From: Leidyana gryllorum EB-2025a
Lineage: Eukaryota > Protista > Apicomplexa
Length of the DNA: 64,000 bases
Assembly (NCBI GenBank): GCA_048772705.1
Contig: JBLWGC010000133.1
Coordinates: 1-64,000 of the forward strand
Reading direction: 5' to 3'
Part shown: in pieces, positions 1 to 14,005 of the stretch
How the letters are laid out: the number at the start of each line of letters is the position of its first letter
Position numbering within the stretch: position 1 is the first letter of the stretch
The notes under the pieces: model-generated
Told to the model about the DNA's origin: nothing
Database searches by the model: none
The model's input: the letters and a program-made list of their open reading frames with translations, nothing else
Translations under genes and position numbers: made by a program

Positions 1-1955
1 CCGCACAATCTCGTCCTTGACACGCATTGCCACCGCCCGCTCTTCTTCTGTGCGGCTGCTGATTTCATCAGCCACGACTTCGGCATCCAGCAAGCTGAGC
101 AACTGCAACAAGAGCTCCACGTAACCCAGCAACGCGGCACCATTGGGGTCCTGGTCCAGCGTCAGGGGTGTCAGATTGGCCGTTGTGGCCCACAGACTCT
201 TGATAGTCTCGAGATATCGAGAGAATGCTGAATTCAATGGACTGGGATAAGCTCTCGCAATTAGTGCCACTTGCAAGGCTATAAACTTATTCAGTACATA
301 GACTTGCTCGGCTTCCAACCCTTGGCTGCTACCAGTCAGTTTCCGATGGTATAGAGTCGGAAACAGTGGCACCATATACTTGGTCCAACATTGGTCGGCC
401 AGACCCAGCAACGCCTGATGGTCAGCCAAGTTGGGCACTGCACGGCACAGCGTCTGCAGGCACCAGAAACGGATTTCATGTATACGACGAGGCAGTACAA
501 CCCCCTCGGTACATAGCCCGTTCGACAGAAAAACGAACAGCTCCCAGCAACAACCAGAGCTATTATCCTGGGCTACTATTCCTGAGAAACCACATTTGAA
601 CAACCTCACACTGAGCTCACTGTCTAAGTACTGCTGCGCAGCACATCGCGTCTGGTTTGTGACGTTGGGGTCATCAGAAAGGAGCACGTCAAATGCGTTC
701 TGGAGCTGTATAACTTGGTCACCTTCCATGCTATCCCTGCCCCCCAAACATGAGCTGCGAATTTTCAGCCTCCAACTCCTAATTATGACTCCTTGCTACG
801 CACCCTATGCCCTGCCAGCTTCCAACAACCACCCCATCGTCACCCATGCGCATTCCTCACCATACCTATCACCGATATGCTCACCCGAACACGCCCGTCC
901 TCACCACACCCCAACTGGTTCTCGCGATCAGGTACCTGATATTGGTTGGACTGTGGCTGAGTTCTCTTGAACGCATCCTTACCACTCTGCAGCTAAAATG
1001 CGTTGGCCAATGAATTCAACCAAGAGACCGCGATACAGAGGGGTTGTCTCGCAAGACAAAGAGGCCAAGAAACAATCTATTCTGAAAATCAGCTAGCGGA
1101 TGCGTCGCACTGGTGTTTACCAGGGGCAGAAGTGAGGTGGTTCTCGGAGATACCGCCTCCAGTCAATGATTGGGGTTGTATCAACCCAGCTATTTCGCTC
1201 TCGCGCACCACGGAGCACCTACCAGTGATTGTTGTAACAGATTAGTGTACTGAAAGACTAGATTGTAGGGTGCAGAAAGGCGGTTAAGATATGTGCAGTC
1301 ACTTGAAGCATCGTGATTTCTACAGGGCTCAGTAGTTCTGCGCAAATTGCAAATCCGGACGGATGTGTTTTCAATTTCAGCACTCGGACAAATCGCTCCA
1401 ACTGAGAAGAAACATCTCGGTCGAAGGCGTAAAGCTTGTCCAGAGACGTTACGGCAGCTATCAGCCATTGGATGAAATGCGCGAGGGTCAGTGAGGCATC
1501 TTTTGAGCCTCGGGTGCCGAACAGCGTGGTTCGGGCTTCGATATGAGCCTCAAGGGCATTCACTACCTCCAGAGCATTTACCTGCAACACGTCTCATGGC
1601 CTGAAGCATCAAAATCGCCATTTACCGAGTCACAGCAATACTGCATAGTGGGCGTGTGTGTTACCACACGCGTTCGCCAATCACCGTTCGTGAGACGCGT
1701 GGGCACCTCTACTGCATATGTTTGCACGAGTTCCGTCTGCAAACGGAACAACTTCGTGGCCGCTACCACTTTTGGGTCCTCGGCAGCATCGGGTTGGTGC
1801 TCTGCTCGCGCGGCACCATCATTTACAGGAGCGATTTGTTGAGGGCGAGGCCGTCTGAGCCTTTTACGCTCAGCTCTAAGCGGGATGAGTGGAAAGGACG
1901 GACCTGAGGCTTACTTGACGTGTGTCAGATAGTCAAAGACGTTTTCGAATTCCAT
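1..1955 (-). CDS. Multi-exon hypothetical protein, Leu-rich and probably helical-repeat; runs off the window start
   Basis: ATG at 1955 (MEFENVFDYLTHVK) is followed by a gtaag donor. Minus-strand ORF pieces lie at 1578-1769 and 1258-1590, and an open frame reaches position 1 (LGYVELLLQLLSLLDAEVV). Confidence 0.55.
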
Positions 1956-2005
1956 TTGGGGGAGAGTGTTTGAAAGAGCAGGGAAAACATGTGGAGGGCT
2001 CTCAG

Positions 2006-2959
2006 ATGAGTTCAGACGAAACGCTTGCGCAAACGCCTCCTTCGAAGGTAGGCTCGATAACCACTGAAAGTCGGTAGAATTGTAGGTGCCCCCAACCCCC
2101 CCATCTTCTCCACGTGGAAAGCGGAAGCGCCCCTCTGAGGAGGCCGAGGAGGTGACAGAATCATGCCCACCCAAGAAGGCCTCGCGCACTGCGGAGCAGC
2201 CCGTTCCGTCCACAGATGATGCAAACCGCACCACTCTTTGGATCGGTGATCTCGAGAAATGGGAAGACGAAGAAGTAGTCTTTCATTTCTTCAGCCGTCT
2301 GGCACCGAAAGGGGTGGTGTCGGTGAAGATCGCGCGCGACCGCGAGGAGCAACGGTCCTTGGGTTACGGATTTATTGACTTTGCCTCCCGGGAGATAGCT
2401 GAGCGCATTCTCACTTCCGCGCCTGCAATTAAGCGTCCACATGGCAGGTGAGGGCATTGTGAGTTGGCAGGTCACTGTTGGTGTAGACGGTTCAAATTGA
2501 CGTGGGCGAAAGGCAAGACTCGGCGGCCATTCAATCCCACAGCAGGCGCATTGCCTTTGCGCTCGTCCCACACGCCGGTCGAGCCGACCCCAGTTCCTAG
2601 TTCTGAGTGGTTCGTCAAGTTGGTTGAATGCACTGCGTGTTGCGACGCCCAGCGGCTTTGCGACGAGGTGCTCCGCACAACGGGGTTCGCCCCAGGTACC
2701 TCTCACGTTAACGTAAGGCGGCCAAAGAGAGATGTTGACGACCGATTTTGCTCTCTCTTCCACCCAGACATACACAATAGGCAACAAGACCGAAGCCACG
2801 ATCTACTTCAAGTCGTCGGAATGGTTCTTCAGTTTTCTGCAGTACTTCTCTGATGGCAAGGTTCAGGCTGGTGCTTTCACTGGGTACATTGAAATTCCTC
2901 CGGTGGTGCTAAACCGCTGGACCCGACTCTATGAGAGCTCTACCTCCTGCCCTCCCTGA
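2006..2959 (+). CDS. RRM RNA-binding protein (RBP45/47, NAM8, SECp43-like RRM)
   Basis: RNP2 TLWIGDL, RNP1 SLGYGFIDF and RFKLTWA. Exon 1 is 2006-2047 and intron 2048-2085 (gtagg..ttgtag). Confidence 0.75.
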
Positions 2960-2989
2960 CTATAATAGGCTTAGGCGAGACACACTCGC

Positions 2990-3520
2990 GACTTGCTATC
3001 GTCCATATAGAAGAGCACGCCACACTCCTCCAGTTCATCCATCGCCCCTCGCACTTCTTCCTCTACGAACGAGGCCGATCCAGTCACACAAGTACTACTT
3101 CTTCTTACCTGACCACTTGCTTTTCAAGAAAGCCCGCACGGCCACAGTTGATTCCGAGTCATCTGACTTGAACGCCTTCTCACTCGCCTCCTTGATGAAG
3201 CGATAAATACACTTCTTCAGCCTGCCATCCACCTTTGCCATAACAAGGCGCCCACCAGGGAAGCCAATTCTTCAACTCCGTCCTCACCTGTCGTCTCCGA
3301 TGAGCTCAGCTCTCTCAGCGTCGTCCACCACAATCTCCTCGTCGTTATACGGATCTTTGTCTTTCTTCTCCACCTCCGCCTGCTGCTGCTGCTGCGCGGC
3401 CGTCAAGCCACTCTCCGCCGCGGCAGTCTCTGCCTCCATCGCCTTCTCCTCCACCGCGGACACTGCTGCCGCAGCACATTCAAGCAAGTGTGTCGCCACA
3501 GCCTCTTCAAATTCGGCCAT
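2990..3520 (-). CDS. Hypothetical protein with Ala/Glu-rich N-terminus; spliced, 3' end uncertain
   Basis: ORF MAEFEEAVATHLL..GDDR ends at a gtgag donor, and a coding-like frame continues downstream. Confidence 0.4.
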
Positions 3521-3841
3521 CCGAATGTGAGATGTCCTGATCACGAGCAATCAATCTATCAGTCATCGATCACTCATCGCAGGAATATAAAGCGTCCAAA
3601 GTGAGCTCAGCACTGTACATCTCTATCGCACAGTATTGACGGAGACGCCCTCAATTATTATACGCATCCGCCGCCCTCACGTCATATACGTATAACTTAC
3701 ATATACAATACACACCATAAAAACCGTTTCTGTGTGAGACATCCAGTTCATTGGAGTCACTAGCAGCCCGTCCAAGACAGAATTGCAGATTCATTCATAC
3801 GCACACACAACTCAATTCGACGGACGTGGTAAGGATCACAA

Positions 3842-4672
3842 TTACGCAACTTCACAAAATTGGGCATCGTGCCCCCGGCCACCCATTCACATATAAAGTG
3901 AGTCGGTGAACTTTCGATCTGCAAAATCGGGCCGGGCCACCGGTCGACCTCTTGTTGTGCTGGAATTCACTTACACACCACGACACACTCTAGATATACT
4001 GTCCCCCCTCGACCCCACGTGTTCATGTGACCTTACATGAGGATAAGTTCGCCGTTAATGACTTGTGGAACTCCAATGAGACGCGCTGGCCTCTGCACTG
4101 GCACTACCTTTTCCTGGTTGTTGTTGTCAGTAGAAGACTCATTTTCAACTTCTGGTTTTCTCGTCGCTGGCGGTTTCACCTTTTCCAGTTCCGCCGTGTA
4201 CTTATCAGAGAGATCAGTCCGCAATTCGTAGCGAAAACCAATGGTACCGGTTGCATCTTTCAACTATGTAGCATTTGTGCCCCATAAACAATAACACTGA
4301 CGCACCTCTCCCATCCAAACATCACCGGCCACAATGTCCAAATTGGTAATCCACCCACACACAGCGACAGAACTCCATATTTGACTGATAGTGAGTCGAA
4401 TGGTGTCTCAGCGCGCGCATACACACGTGCGCTCGTTCGCATACTCACTCATGAATACGAGGTTTCCCGTCATCTAAGTCGCCCTTAGCTTTGGCGTTCA
4501 TACACGAGGCAACAGTCACCGGCAGTATACCCGGTCCCAGTGGTCGTGGGCCGGCTCCGGTGGTGCCAGAGGAGGCAGTGGTCTTGATAGGGTCATCTTG
4601 ACTTTGGCTGAACCCATATTCTTGGGAGTAGCTAGCTCCAAAGTCGACACCGCTGTACTGGTCAGAGAACAT
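3842..4672 (-). CDS. RPA2 (RPA32)/STN1-like OB-fold protein, multi-exon
   Basis: N-terminus rich in SQ/GF (GFSQSQD), then ILPVTV and LKDATGTI, which resemble the RPA32 motifs PVTI and DDGTG. The 3' end is approximate. Confidence 0.55.
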
Positions 4673-4702
4673 TGGTGGCTACAAAACCGTTTTTTGTGAG
4701 CC

Positions 4703-5448
4703 ATGTCAGCCGAGATAGATGCGCTACTGCGGGAGATGGACATACTCCTGACGGACCTGAGGGATACGTTGCACAATATCAATAACTTCAATGCTGACGA
4801 CCGTCGTCAGAAGCTCAGTCGATGTCAACGGTGCATTCAACAGATTCGGACAACAAAGGAAGCTGCTTTGCTGGAGGCGAGGTCCGTACAAAGCCCGGCG
4901 GAACGGGACGAGGCCAAAGACGCTCTAAAGCGTCGGATGGCCACGTTCAAACAGCTTTGCGAGGACTATGACTACAAGCGCAATGAAATTGACCGAGACC
5001 AGCTGCAAGCAGGTGAGAGTTCGGATGATGACTGTTTCAACGAGAACGGCAACAGAGGCTGAAACGTATGATCAAGGAGACCCGCAGTCGGCGCAGCAGC
5101 AGGCATTGATTGCTAAAGGAGACCGACTGCAAGATCAAACTCAAGACGCCATCAGTAGAATGCAAGGGTTGGTGAGTGTGTAGGAACACTGTTTGACAGC
5201 GCAGAAATTGAGTGTAGGCCCTGGATGCAGAGGACATTGGTGTTGCCACTGCTGCCCAAATGGATGCACAGATGGAGCAAATGGGTAGAATAGGCGAAGG
5301 TCTGGATGATGTGGCTTACAACACTGAAAGAGCGAAGCAGACTGCGATGCAAATGGCCCGCAGTGCGGCTAAAGACTTGTGTATCCAGATACTGTGTGGA
5401 GGCATCGTACTTTGTACGGTGGTCATTGTCGTGCTGGTGAGCATTTAG
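4703..5448 (+). CDS. Q-SNARE (Vti1/NPSN-like) with C-terminal TM helix
   Basis: Helical N-domain, heptad SNARE motif (KMDAQMEQMGRIGEGLDDV) and C-terminal TM ILCGGIVLCTVVIVVLVSI, with two short introns. Confidence 0.8.
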
Positions 5449-6514
5449 GGGACTAAGGCGGGATCCAAGAGGAGGAGGCGTGGAGGGGAACTACAAATGT
5501 GACAAGGGCGACCGACTGCACACTTTGGAACTATTCACTACTATCTATGGTGCGCCGGCGCGGATGATATATTCGGGCGGAGGTAGGAGAAGTCGTACGG
5601 GCGATCCAGCTGACTCGCAATCGCCTGAGTTAGATCGCGCTGTGAGGGGAGCAGATCGATAGGGTGAGGAAGAGGAGAACGTTCACTCACCAGAACCAAA
5701 CGGTCGATGTGGCGGCCTCCTCTGTGGAATCGCATGACGTGGACGGGGAGATTGAGAAGGTGCTGAGGGAGAGGAAGGTTGTCTTCCCACTTGGGTACCA
5801 GAATTCTGCTCAGAAATGTGGTGTGTGGTGGCTGAGGGGCCCACCTGATGTGCTGGGCAGCGCTGGGGATTGACACGATTGGCATGGATCGGAAGGGCCA
5901 CTCGGCGTTAGACACCATCACCCCAACTACCCCATGCCAGTGTTTCTTGGAAAAGTTACGACATTCACTGGAATCCACAAATGTGACGTCCAGAGTTTCG
6001 GTGCCGTTCGTCAATGGCACTGAGAATCGTTTCCAGTCTGTTGATCGACCGTTAGCGTGCTGTGTTTGGCACCCCTCACTCGACGATGTCGATTGTGCTG
6101 GCCGATTGGGCCCCAGAGGTAGCCGTCCGGTTCTCAAGAATATTTCCATTGTGTCCCTATCATTGAAGGGAGCGGGTAACGTGCTGCTGAATACGACCAC
6201 GATGGGTTTCATTCCGTTTCGTTTGAGGAAGTGTGCCATGGCTAAGTACCAGAGAAAGATAAGTCTCTTGTGATTGATTGTGGCTGCTTACTCGGAGCGT
6301 TAGCCTTTTCTTCGGCTTTCGCTGCTTGAGCGGCTTCTTTTATAATGGCTTCCACCACTTCCGCGGCATCGCTTCGGGATGCAACCTGAGAGGGCGGCTG
6401 ACATACCAAACGCTTTGCTTTCAGAGCTGCCAATGGGTCATCAAAGACTTCAACAAATGGGTCTACATAATAATGCGAAGACACTGTGTCCTCTGGTCCG
6501 ATAGAAGAGGACAT
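5447..6514 (-). CDS. CDC73: CDC73/parafibromin C-terminal-domain protein (PAF1 complex)
   Basis: KPIVVV, WHGVVGVMVSNAEWPFRSMP and RHIDRLV resemble CDC73 motifs PIIII, [20 protein letters not shown] and RHLDRPV. Confidence 0.65.
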
Positions 6515-6530
6515 AAGAGGAAAAATTCTG

Positions 6531-7285
6531 TTATATAGCTATAGCCACTTTGTCTGGCAGCACCTCCCCCTCGAACCACTGTAACTTCTTGCTATATGGA
6601 GACTGCGAGGTCTTGCGAGATCGCAGCTCCTGGGCAGTGAACAATGTAGTGTCCTTGGTACAGACTGCAAAGTAGTCAAGAGTTCCTAATGCAAACCTCC
6701 CAGCCTTGAAGTAGGATTTGGCAGAGGTTATGGGTAATTGCAGGGGGTCACTGAGGCTCAAGAAATACGGGGTTGGGGCTGGAACGATTCCCATCAAACC
6801 TGTCTTTTGACTTATCGCAAAGCAATAGCCCAGCTTGGTGTCATCGAGGTCGTAATTTATACCTCCGGGCAACGATCCGGAGCAGGAAACTTGGGTTGCG
6901 GATCCGTGCTTGAATCGGAAATTGAGCATTTCCGGCTCGAAGGCACACCGACAGATGAGAGTGAGGCTGAAGCGTGGAGTGACCTCTGAATCGTCGGGTG
7001 TGACGAATCCATTTTCAGCCTCATATCTATTGAGGGTCATCAGTGAGTGGGTCGACGGAGACACCGCAGATCGCGTACTCACCGAACAATATCTGCGGGA
7101 TCAGTTAGTCCTTCTGGCAGAGTCGCATTATCTCTTTGCAATGCTCTCTGTTTCATACGTACTTTATAGCAGTTTGTCGCAGTCCGAGCATCTCCATGGA
7201 TTTGATCAAAAGGGTGAAATCCGCGGGACTGAGCCTGAATCTGCAGTAAGGCCCCACAGGTGAGTAGTGTAGCGAGTCTCAACAT
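6531..7285 (-). CDS. Putative secreted hypothetical protein, spliced
   Basis: Signal-peptide-like MLRLATLLTCGALLQIQA, a gtgag donor at ~7082 and a 183-codon downstream exon. Confidence 0.45.
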
Positions 7286-7381
7286 GCTGATCTGATGGTT
7301 CCGAGTCTTATCAAACAGGTGTTTTGTCCCTCCAGAAATAAAATTTTGGCTCGATTTTGACCAGTGTTCCAAGCAGGAAGA

Positions 7382-7897
7382 ATGGTAAGTAGACGAAATA
7401 TCAGCTTCTTTCGCTCATGACGGTATCTTAATAGGCGAAGGCTAAGGCTCATCAGTTGCGTCAGTCGAGCGTCGAGGACCTCAAGACTAAAATCCAACAA
7501 TACAAGGAGGAACTCCATGGCCACCGTGTTGGTTTCGTCCCCCGCACCCATGAGGGCCGTGTTGGCAAGATCCAGGTAAGCGTCTCCCCGTCGCGCCCTT
7601 TATTCCAATGGTCTCTCACAGCTCGCCCGCAAGAACATCTCTCGCGCTTTGACTGTCTACAACGAGAAGCGTCGTGAGGAGGCCAAGGCTGCATACAAGG
7701 GCAAGAAGTGGATCCCCAGGGAGATGCGTCCCAAGCTCACTCGTGCCCTCCGCAGAGCTTTGACTCCCGAGCAGAAGGCGAAGAAGACTCTCAAGTAAGT
7801 CTCTTCAACTCGACCACTGTGCCAAACCACTCTTCTTTTTAGGGAAACCAAGCGCAACCAGAACTTTGCTCCTCGCAAATTTGTTGTCCTTGCTTAA
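7382..7897 (+). CDS. RPL35: 60S ribosomal protein L35 (uL29)
   Basis: ATG-only first exon and intron 7385-7434. The spliced product reads AKAKAHQLR..ARKNISRALTV..YKGKKWIPREMRPKLTRALRRALT..RKFVVLA. Confidence 0.95.
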
Positions 7898-8002
7898 GTT
7901 CTCTCGTCGTTGTTCGTTGACCAACCTACTAATAGCCTAGTCTTCCACCAATTTGCCGCCGCTCAATCGCAGTCACGAAATTTGTCATAGGTAGTTCTCT
8001 CA

Positions 8003-9796
8003 ATGGATCCTGACACTTCGTGGGCGGCGGGAGACGAGATACAATGGCCCCTGACCCCCCAAACACAAGTAGACAGATCCTCTTCTCATCGACCCCGCGG
8101 TGCCAAAGGCCCGCCTGCACCCTTAACCCTCGATGATCTCGAGGTCCCAACCCCAGAAGGGTTTAATCGCCAGCCACACGGAGAAGATGCCCTCGGCCGA
8201 TTGTATCGGGCCCTCCAAGCCCAGGGACCGCCTAACGATTTATCTTTATCCACTTTCGACAGTGTCAAAAGGGGGGGTCTGAGTCAGTCAGCCCTCAATA
8301 GCGTTAATCGAGGACCGCAGCACGACACCCCCTCCCCGACCAACGTACTCTCACGGACCTCTTACGACAATGGTTTCCGTAAAACCTCTCCGTCAGCACC
8401 CGTGCCCATCTTGATATCGGACTCATCATCTGTCAATAGATCTTCTACGGTATTGGAACGTGCGTCTGACGCGCCCCCCCCAGCGGCCGACAAGGACGGA
8501 TCCTCTTCGTCTTCGGTTCAGTTTCTCGCCCACAAGTGGCCCCATCAGCAGATCGATGGCACTACCGTAACAATGGAGAATGTTTCCGTTGACTCCTCGT
8601 TCCTGCATCCCCAGTCTCCCTCGGCTCATATCGGGCCGGGCGGCAGAGGCTTTGTGAGTACCGTCAAGTTTCCTCACAGTTCCGATAGAGATGTCCAGTT
8701 TCACGGCAAAAGAGGGTTCCAACCTCATCTCAACCCGGATATCCCCATAAATGTTAGCAGCACCACATCGTCCCATGGTATCACTATCGACACGCGGACG
8801 TCGGAGGACAAGACAACCCTCTTATCTTCACCGCCACCCGTTGTCGGGGCACTCGACCGGATGGATATCAATCTACGACCGCCTCAACTCCACCGTCACC
8901 CGGCGGCGGTACCAATCCCTCGTCACAGCAGCGAGAAGAGCTCGTCTGGAGGTGTGTATTCGGGCTCAAACCATTCGCTGCCTTATCGACCCGTCGAGAC
9001 ACTGCCCCCCAAAATGTCAGCACCACACACACACGTACCGCCTCCACCGAAACCGTCTCCACCGCCGCGAGCGAAAGCCAGTGGAGGGCTATCGCAGGCC
9101 CGAGTTGAGAACATAATCCAGGAATGGGTCAAAGTGGATGAACAAGTTCGGTTACTGAAAACCGGAAAGTCCGCTCTTGACTTGGTACCAAAGCCCATTA
9201 AAGACGCTACCTGTCCACTTGGATCTGAATACTTTCGTTTGGGTAATGTTGCCCCCGATCGATCTTTGGTGCCCGCAGACATTATATTTAACGAAGCCAC
9301 TTTACGTAACTCTGTGGAAGAGCTGATTATGTTACTCTCAACAGCGTAAGGGGGGAGATCCATCAATGCCTATGCAATGCTTCCGTCAGTCAATTGAGGG
9401 AACGTACACTATCTGAAGAACTCCACCGTACTCGAGCTGCCTGCCACAAACTTCGAACCGATCTGAACGAGATACGGGGACGGACGAGCCCCATGGCCGG
9501 CGCCCGCAGAGAATCGACCCTCGGCGGAGTCAGAATGAACAAGTTGGTGACTAAACGTCGCCCGCCTGATCTCCGAATGCAATATGTGTAAGTTCTCCCT
9601 CCCAGATGTGAGTCACACACACCCTTTCTTGCCGCTGCGCAGTCCCGATAGTTTTGGCGCCGTGGGAGACAACATCCGCCGCAAAGCTTTCGACTTTACA
9701 AACTATTTGAACGCGACAGAGAGTGAAAATGATCCTCCCGTCATAGTACGCGCTAGCGAGATCCAGAATGTCTGTCAGATACTGGACCCCCATTAA
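8003..9796 (+). CDS. Ser/Pro-rich, largely disordered protein with C-terminal coiled coil
   Basis: 448-aa ORF, then short introns linking to ORFs 9394-9591 and 9584-9796. Confidence 0.55.
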
Positions 9797-10621
9797 GTCT
9801 CCTCGAGATACGCAGCAGCAATTTCCTTGGATATCTTTCTCAACCCTTCTATCCGCAAACTGTGGTCGCTCCCTATACATTGATTTTCCATCTCTTCCCA
9901 TTCGCTCTTCCCCCCTAACGAGCAACTTGGCCATCGCAAACTGAAATGCTGACGCCCCATCTCCGTCATTTGCTGGGTGCTGCTCCACACACCGATGTAC
10001 CTGGAAACCACATTGCCCTCCCAAACCTATACACCCCTACCAGTCACATTGCTCTATAATCTCATTGTCATCATTCGACCGAAACGGTCGTTCCACTGGA
10101 CCACTGATCCACTTCATACTCAGTTTCTGACTCTTCCCAATGTGCTCCCACACCAAAGACTCGTCAGCAACTCTCAGACCCCGAAATAGCCGAAGGGGTC
10201 CCTTCTGACGCACCAGTGAACCACAATTCTCACCCTTCGCATTGGCCACTCGCAGCAAAATGTCCCGACGCACAAAACCACCCGCCGGAACCACCCAAAC
10301 GTCGTTCTCCCAAATCGGAGGCCAAAACTCAACACACAGTCTCGGCTTGAATTGTGTCGGATCACACCGATAATTCAATCGGTACCAACAACTGCTCAAC
10401 GGTGGCGCTTCGTCCACACAATGATCGACTCGGACAGGATTCAGTATGAGCAAACTCGAGTACGACGTCGACGTCTCTTTGTTGGAAGAAGAGTTCTCAC
10501 TCTCAATGTACTCCTCAAACAAAACATTGTCCCCAGAAGTCGTCGTAATTATAGAGTCATAATCCCCCACATCCAATGTACTCGAACTCGATGTCGACAT
10601 CCACAAAAAAAAGTACCAAGT

Positions 10622-11748
10622 ATGAGTATCGTGAATCTTCAGCGCCTACTCCTGGATTTAGAGAAATCTGGACCAACCGATATCCCCTTATACCGATTGG
10701 ACGAGGTTCGATGCCTCGTTGAGAGACCCATCAATTCTGTATAACAGGTGCGAGCGGCAGAAGCCATACTGCGTAATGGCAAACAGACTTTCAAAGACCT
10801 AATGGCGCAACAACGCAAAAGAGTACAAGAGGTCATCAAGGAAATGCAAACCAATCAGGCAAAGATTGATATGGAACCTGACAATGTCAAACTCAAGGAT
10901 GAGACTCGTCTCCTCATTCGACGAATGCAAGTTGTCACCAGCAGACCCACAATCGTCTTGGGATTGGAACTCTCTCGACAGCAACAGTTCAGACGAGGTC
11001 TCCTCATCTATCGTATTGGTCGCATCAAACGTATAATCAACCACCTCTTGGAACACGTACAACGATCACTCTGCCACGACTCGCGCCTTCTTCCCGAAGA
11101 AGAACGACTCCGATTACCACACAAAATTGAACAAAATTGCTCAAATGGCGAGAAGGTCATGGCCGCAATGATCTTAGATCAACTCAAAGCCTATGGCGCT
11201 GAGAAAACTCTTGCTGGATTGCCCTCAGAGGTGAGTATTGTTGAGTCAGATTTTGCCCACTTCTTCAGCAGCCAGGATTCGACCACGGTATAGCTTGGCT
11301 GGAACCACAACTATGGCTTTCAACTTTAGCTAAGCACGAGCTCGATGCAGAACACGCCGATCCCGCCGTACTTCAAGCCTACTCGGTCCCCGACGAGATT
11401 CTCAAAGTGGACTATGGGTATGTAAATCCATTCGGGGAGCCTCCTGAAGACCCGCTCCAAGCCAAAATGAATCAAGACAGCCGCAAGCGGAAAAAAGCGA
11501 GAGGTCGCGATGCCGAAGGAGAACCACCCGCCGAGAATCAAGAAGCGTCACGCGATGAGAGGGCCGAAGATCGTCCGAGTAGTGCATATTCAGATCTCCC
11601 ATGCCCTCCCAAACAGTCTGATCTCAGGGTGCCGCCGGATCCACTTATTGAGTCTTCTGGAGAACACCTCGAAGATAGTGATAAACCTTCCCCGCATCCG
11701 GATACGGAGAACCAGCCACCTCGCGAGATTGACGAGTCGTCAAGTTGA
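10622..11748 (+). CDS. GINS subunit Psf1-like, divergent
   Basis: LLLDLEKSGPTDIPLYRLDEVR, FRRGLLIYRIGRIKRI, LPHKIEQNCSNGE and DYG follow the Psf1 motif order. Introns at 10706-10747 and from 11231. Confidence 0.5.
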
Positions 11749-11753
11749 TGATA

Positions 11754-13935
11754 TCAAGCGTACTCGGCACGTTGATCCACCACACAAAGCGCTTTTGGGA
11801 ATCTGACGTCTGGCATTTGTGCTTTGAGTTCTTTTGACACTTTGAATATATCGTCCAGCACATCCAGTGCACTCCTTGATTTGGAGCGACTCCAATTGGT
11901 TGGCAGTTGACCACCACGCTCGGCCGCCACGATAGCGGCTTCCAAGTCCAGAAAGGCGTCGCTGATCTCATGAGCTCCTTGACGGGCCAACTCATCTCGA
12001 GCCTCTTCGGCTGCGAATACTATTGGGGGGGTGAAATTCAGATCCACCATAGGCCAAACATCACTAATCCATTTGACACAACTGGAAGCTACCTCATCTG
12101 TAAAAGTTCCCTTCACAAGCATCGCCGAGCCAAGATGCAGAGCTTGCACAGCAGCCTTGTGGCCTATTTGGAGCAGTAACTCCCCCAGTACATGACGGGC
12201 TTGACGCAAGTTGTCTTCAGAGCCTCGCACTTGGTCCGGCTTCAACTTCCGCGCTAATGGAGCTAAGATATCAGCTATAATCATCCTCACACTCGTAGAA
12301 AGTCCTATGTTCTCGCATCTCTTCCGATGCTCCTCGTCCGTAACCGGTGGAATGGCAGCCAATGCTCGCGGCAAAGCTTTCTTTACCAGCCACAGCACCA
12401 GTTGGATGACTGAGGGCATGTGGTGGTAGCTCTGACCATGTAGTTGAGAGAATAAACCTAAGATGGCCTTTTCCATCGGCAAAGTCGGCGGATCGCCGCT
12501 GCGCCAAGCTTTGGCAGAGTCCTCCTCGATTGCCGCCACAGCTGCATGTAACAGGCCGTGAAATCGTTCGTAGTCCTGGGTTCCGAGGAATCCAGGCCAC
12601 ACTGTATCTCGGGTGCGGAGGGGATTCATGACCAGGTTTCTGATAGATAAATAGAAGATATCTCATCCGTGCACTCACTACTCACCTTATAGCCTTGGCC
12701 AGGATGATTCGCATCTCTTGACCTGCGCCATCCGGCCGTGTGCCGGTCCTTGACTCCCGACAGAAGCCAATCAGCGTAACTTCGATCAGCTTCTGGAGAA
12801 CATAAGTGATCTCCCCGTGCGATAGGGCCAGCTTATATGCGCCAGTCAGAATGTTGTCTGCCCGGACACTGACTAAACGGAAATTGATCCAATCCACTAA
12901 GGCCTCAAAGTGATTCTTCGACAGAAGCTTATACAGGAGTTCGACTTTGTCACGACTCAACTCGGGAGGAGGACGGACTATAGATTCTTGCCCTTCGTTC
13001 CCCAGCATGAAGTAAACATCGCCAAGCTCATCCGCTTTATCATCCAAGAGTTTAGCGGCGTCCGCAAGGTCTGTGATGTAAGTGGGAGCCGCCTTCAGAG
13101 GTGCAGGGCTCAAAACGTCGTCCATCTCCTCTTTGGACAAGCCAAGTTGCCGTGGAGGTTTCGGTTGTGCCGGTTTTCGAGTAGAAGGCCACAGGCGATT
13201 TGCGGGACCTTCAGCATCGGCATCAGCGTCCGCGTCCACAACTGCTAAGTGTCCGTCAATTCGTTGGGCAACAAGGGCATCCTCAACGGCTTCTGGGGCC
13301 ATTGTGACAAACATCCAACTCGGTAGGAGGGCTATCAAGCTGCGATCCGTGGGTGCTCGGTAACGGTTGGGAGGGAATTGAGCAAACCCGGCTTTGCCCA
13401 AAGTGAATTTGGCCGGCGCGCGGCTGGCCAGAGTGTTCTCATCAGACCAGAATGGAAGGTCGGCTACTACACTGTCTCCCCACCAACTCTGCACCTATAG
13501 AAGCACTTTTCGGTCGTCTCAGTCAGGGACTCACGAGTTGATCTATCCGGGATCTCATATATAGATATGTTGACGGCGGCAATGCCTCTGTTAAGTGCCT
13601 CCAAAACTTCTCCAACCATTCTAGAAAGGCCAATTCCAATTGGTAGCATCTCTTGAGATTCTGGAGATAGTTAACTTGGCGTAGCGCAAACATATTGATC
13701 ACATTCTGTGCAACTCTGCAATCATTCATTTATCTCAGAGCTACACAAAGTATCAAGTTACTCACTGCTCCAACACATAGATTTGCTTCGCGACATCTTT
13801 GTAATGCGTTGTAGCCGCCTCAATTATCTGTCGCGATTGTTCAGCCTTGGTGGTGGTAAGCTTCTTGATTCTGTTGAGCCCCTGAGCTATATCATCATTA
13901 TCCGAAGCGGCCATTGCGAAGGCTTCGGTGGTGGA
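11754..13935 (-). CDS. Multi-exon hypothetical protein
   Basis: Consecutive minus-strand ORFs of 291 and 270 aa plus smaller pieces, bounded by gtgagt donors. The start is uncertain. Confidence 0.5.
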
Positions 13936-14005
13936 AATGAGAGGGTGCCGTTTCCCTTCATTCGGACCGTGAGACCCCATAGACTTGCAGAAGGAGCACA
14001 GCACT

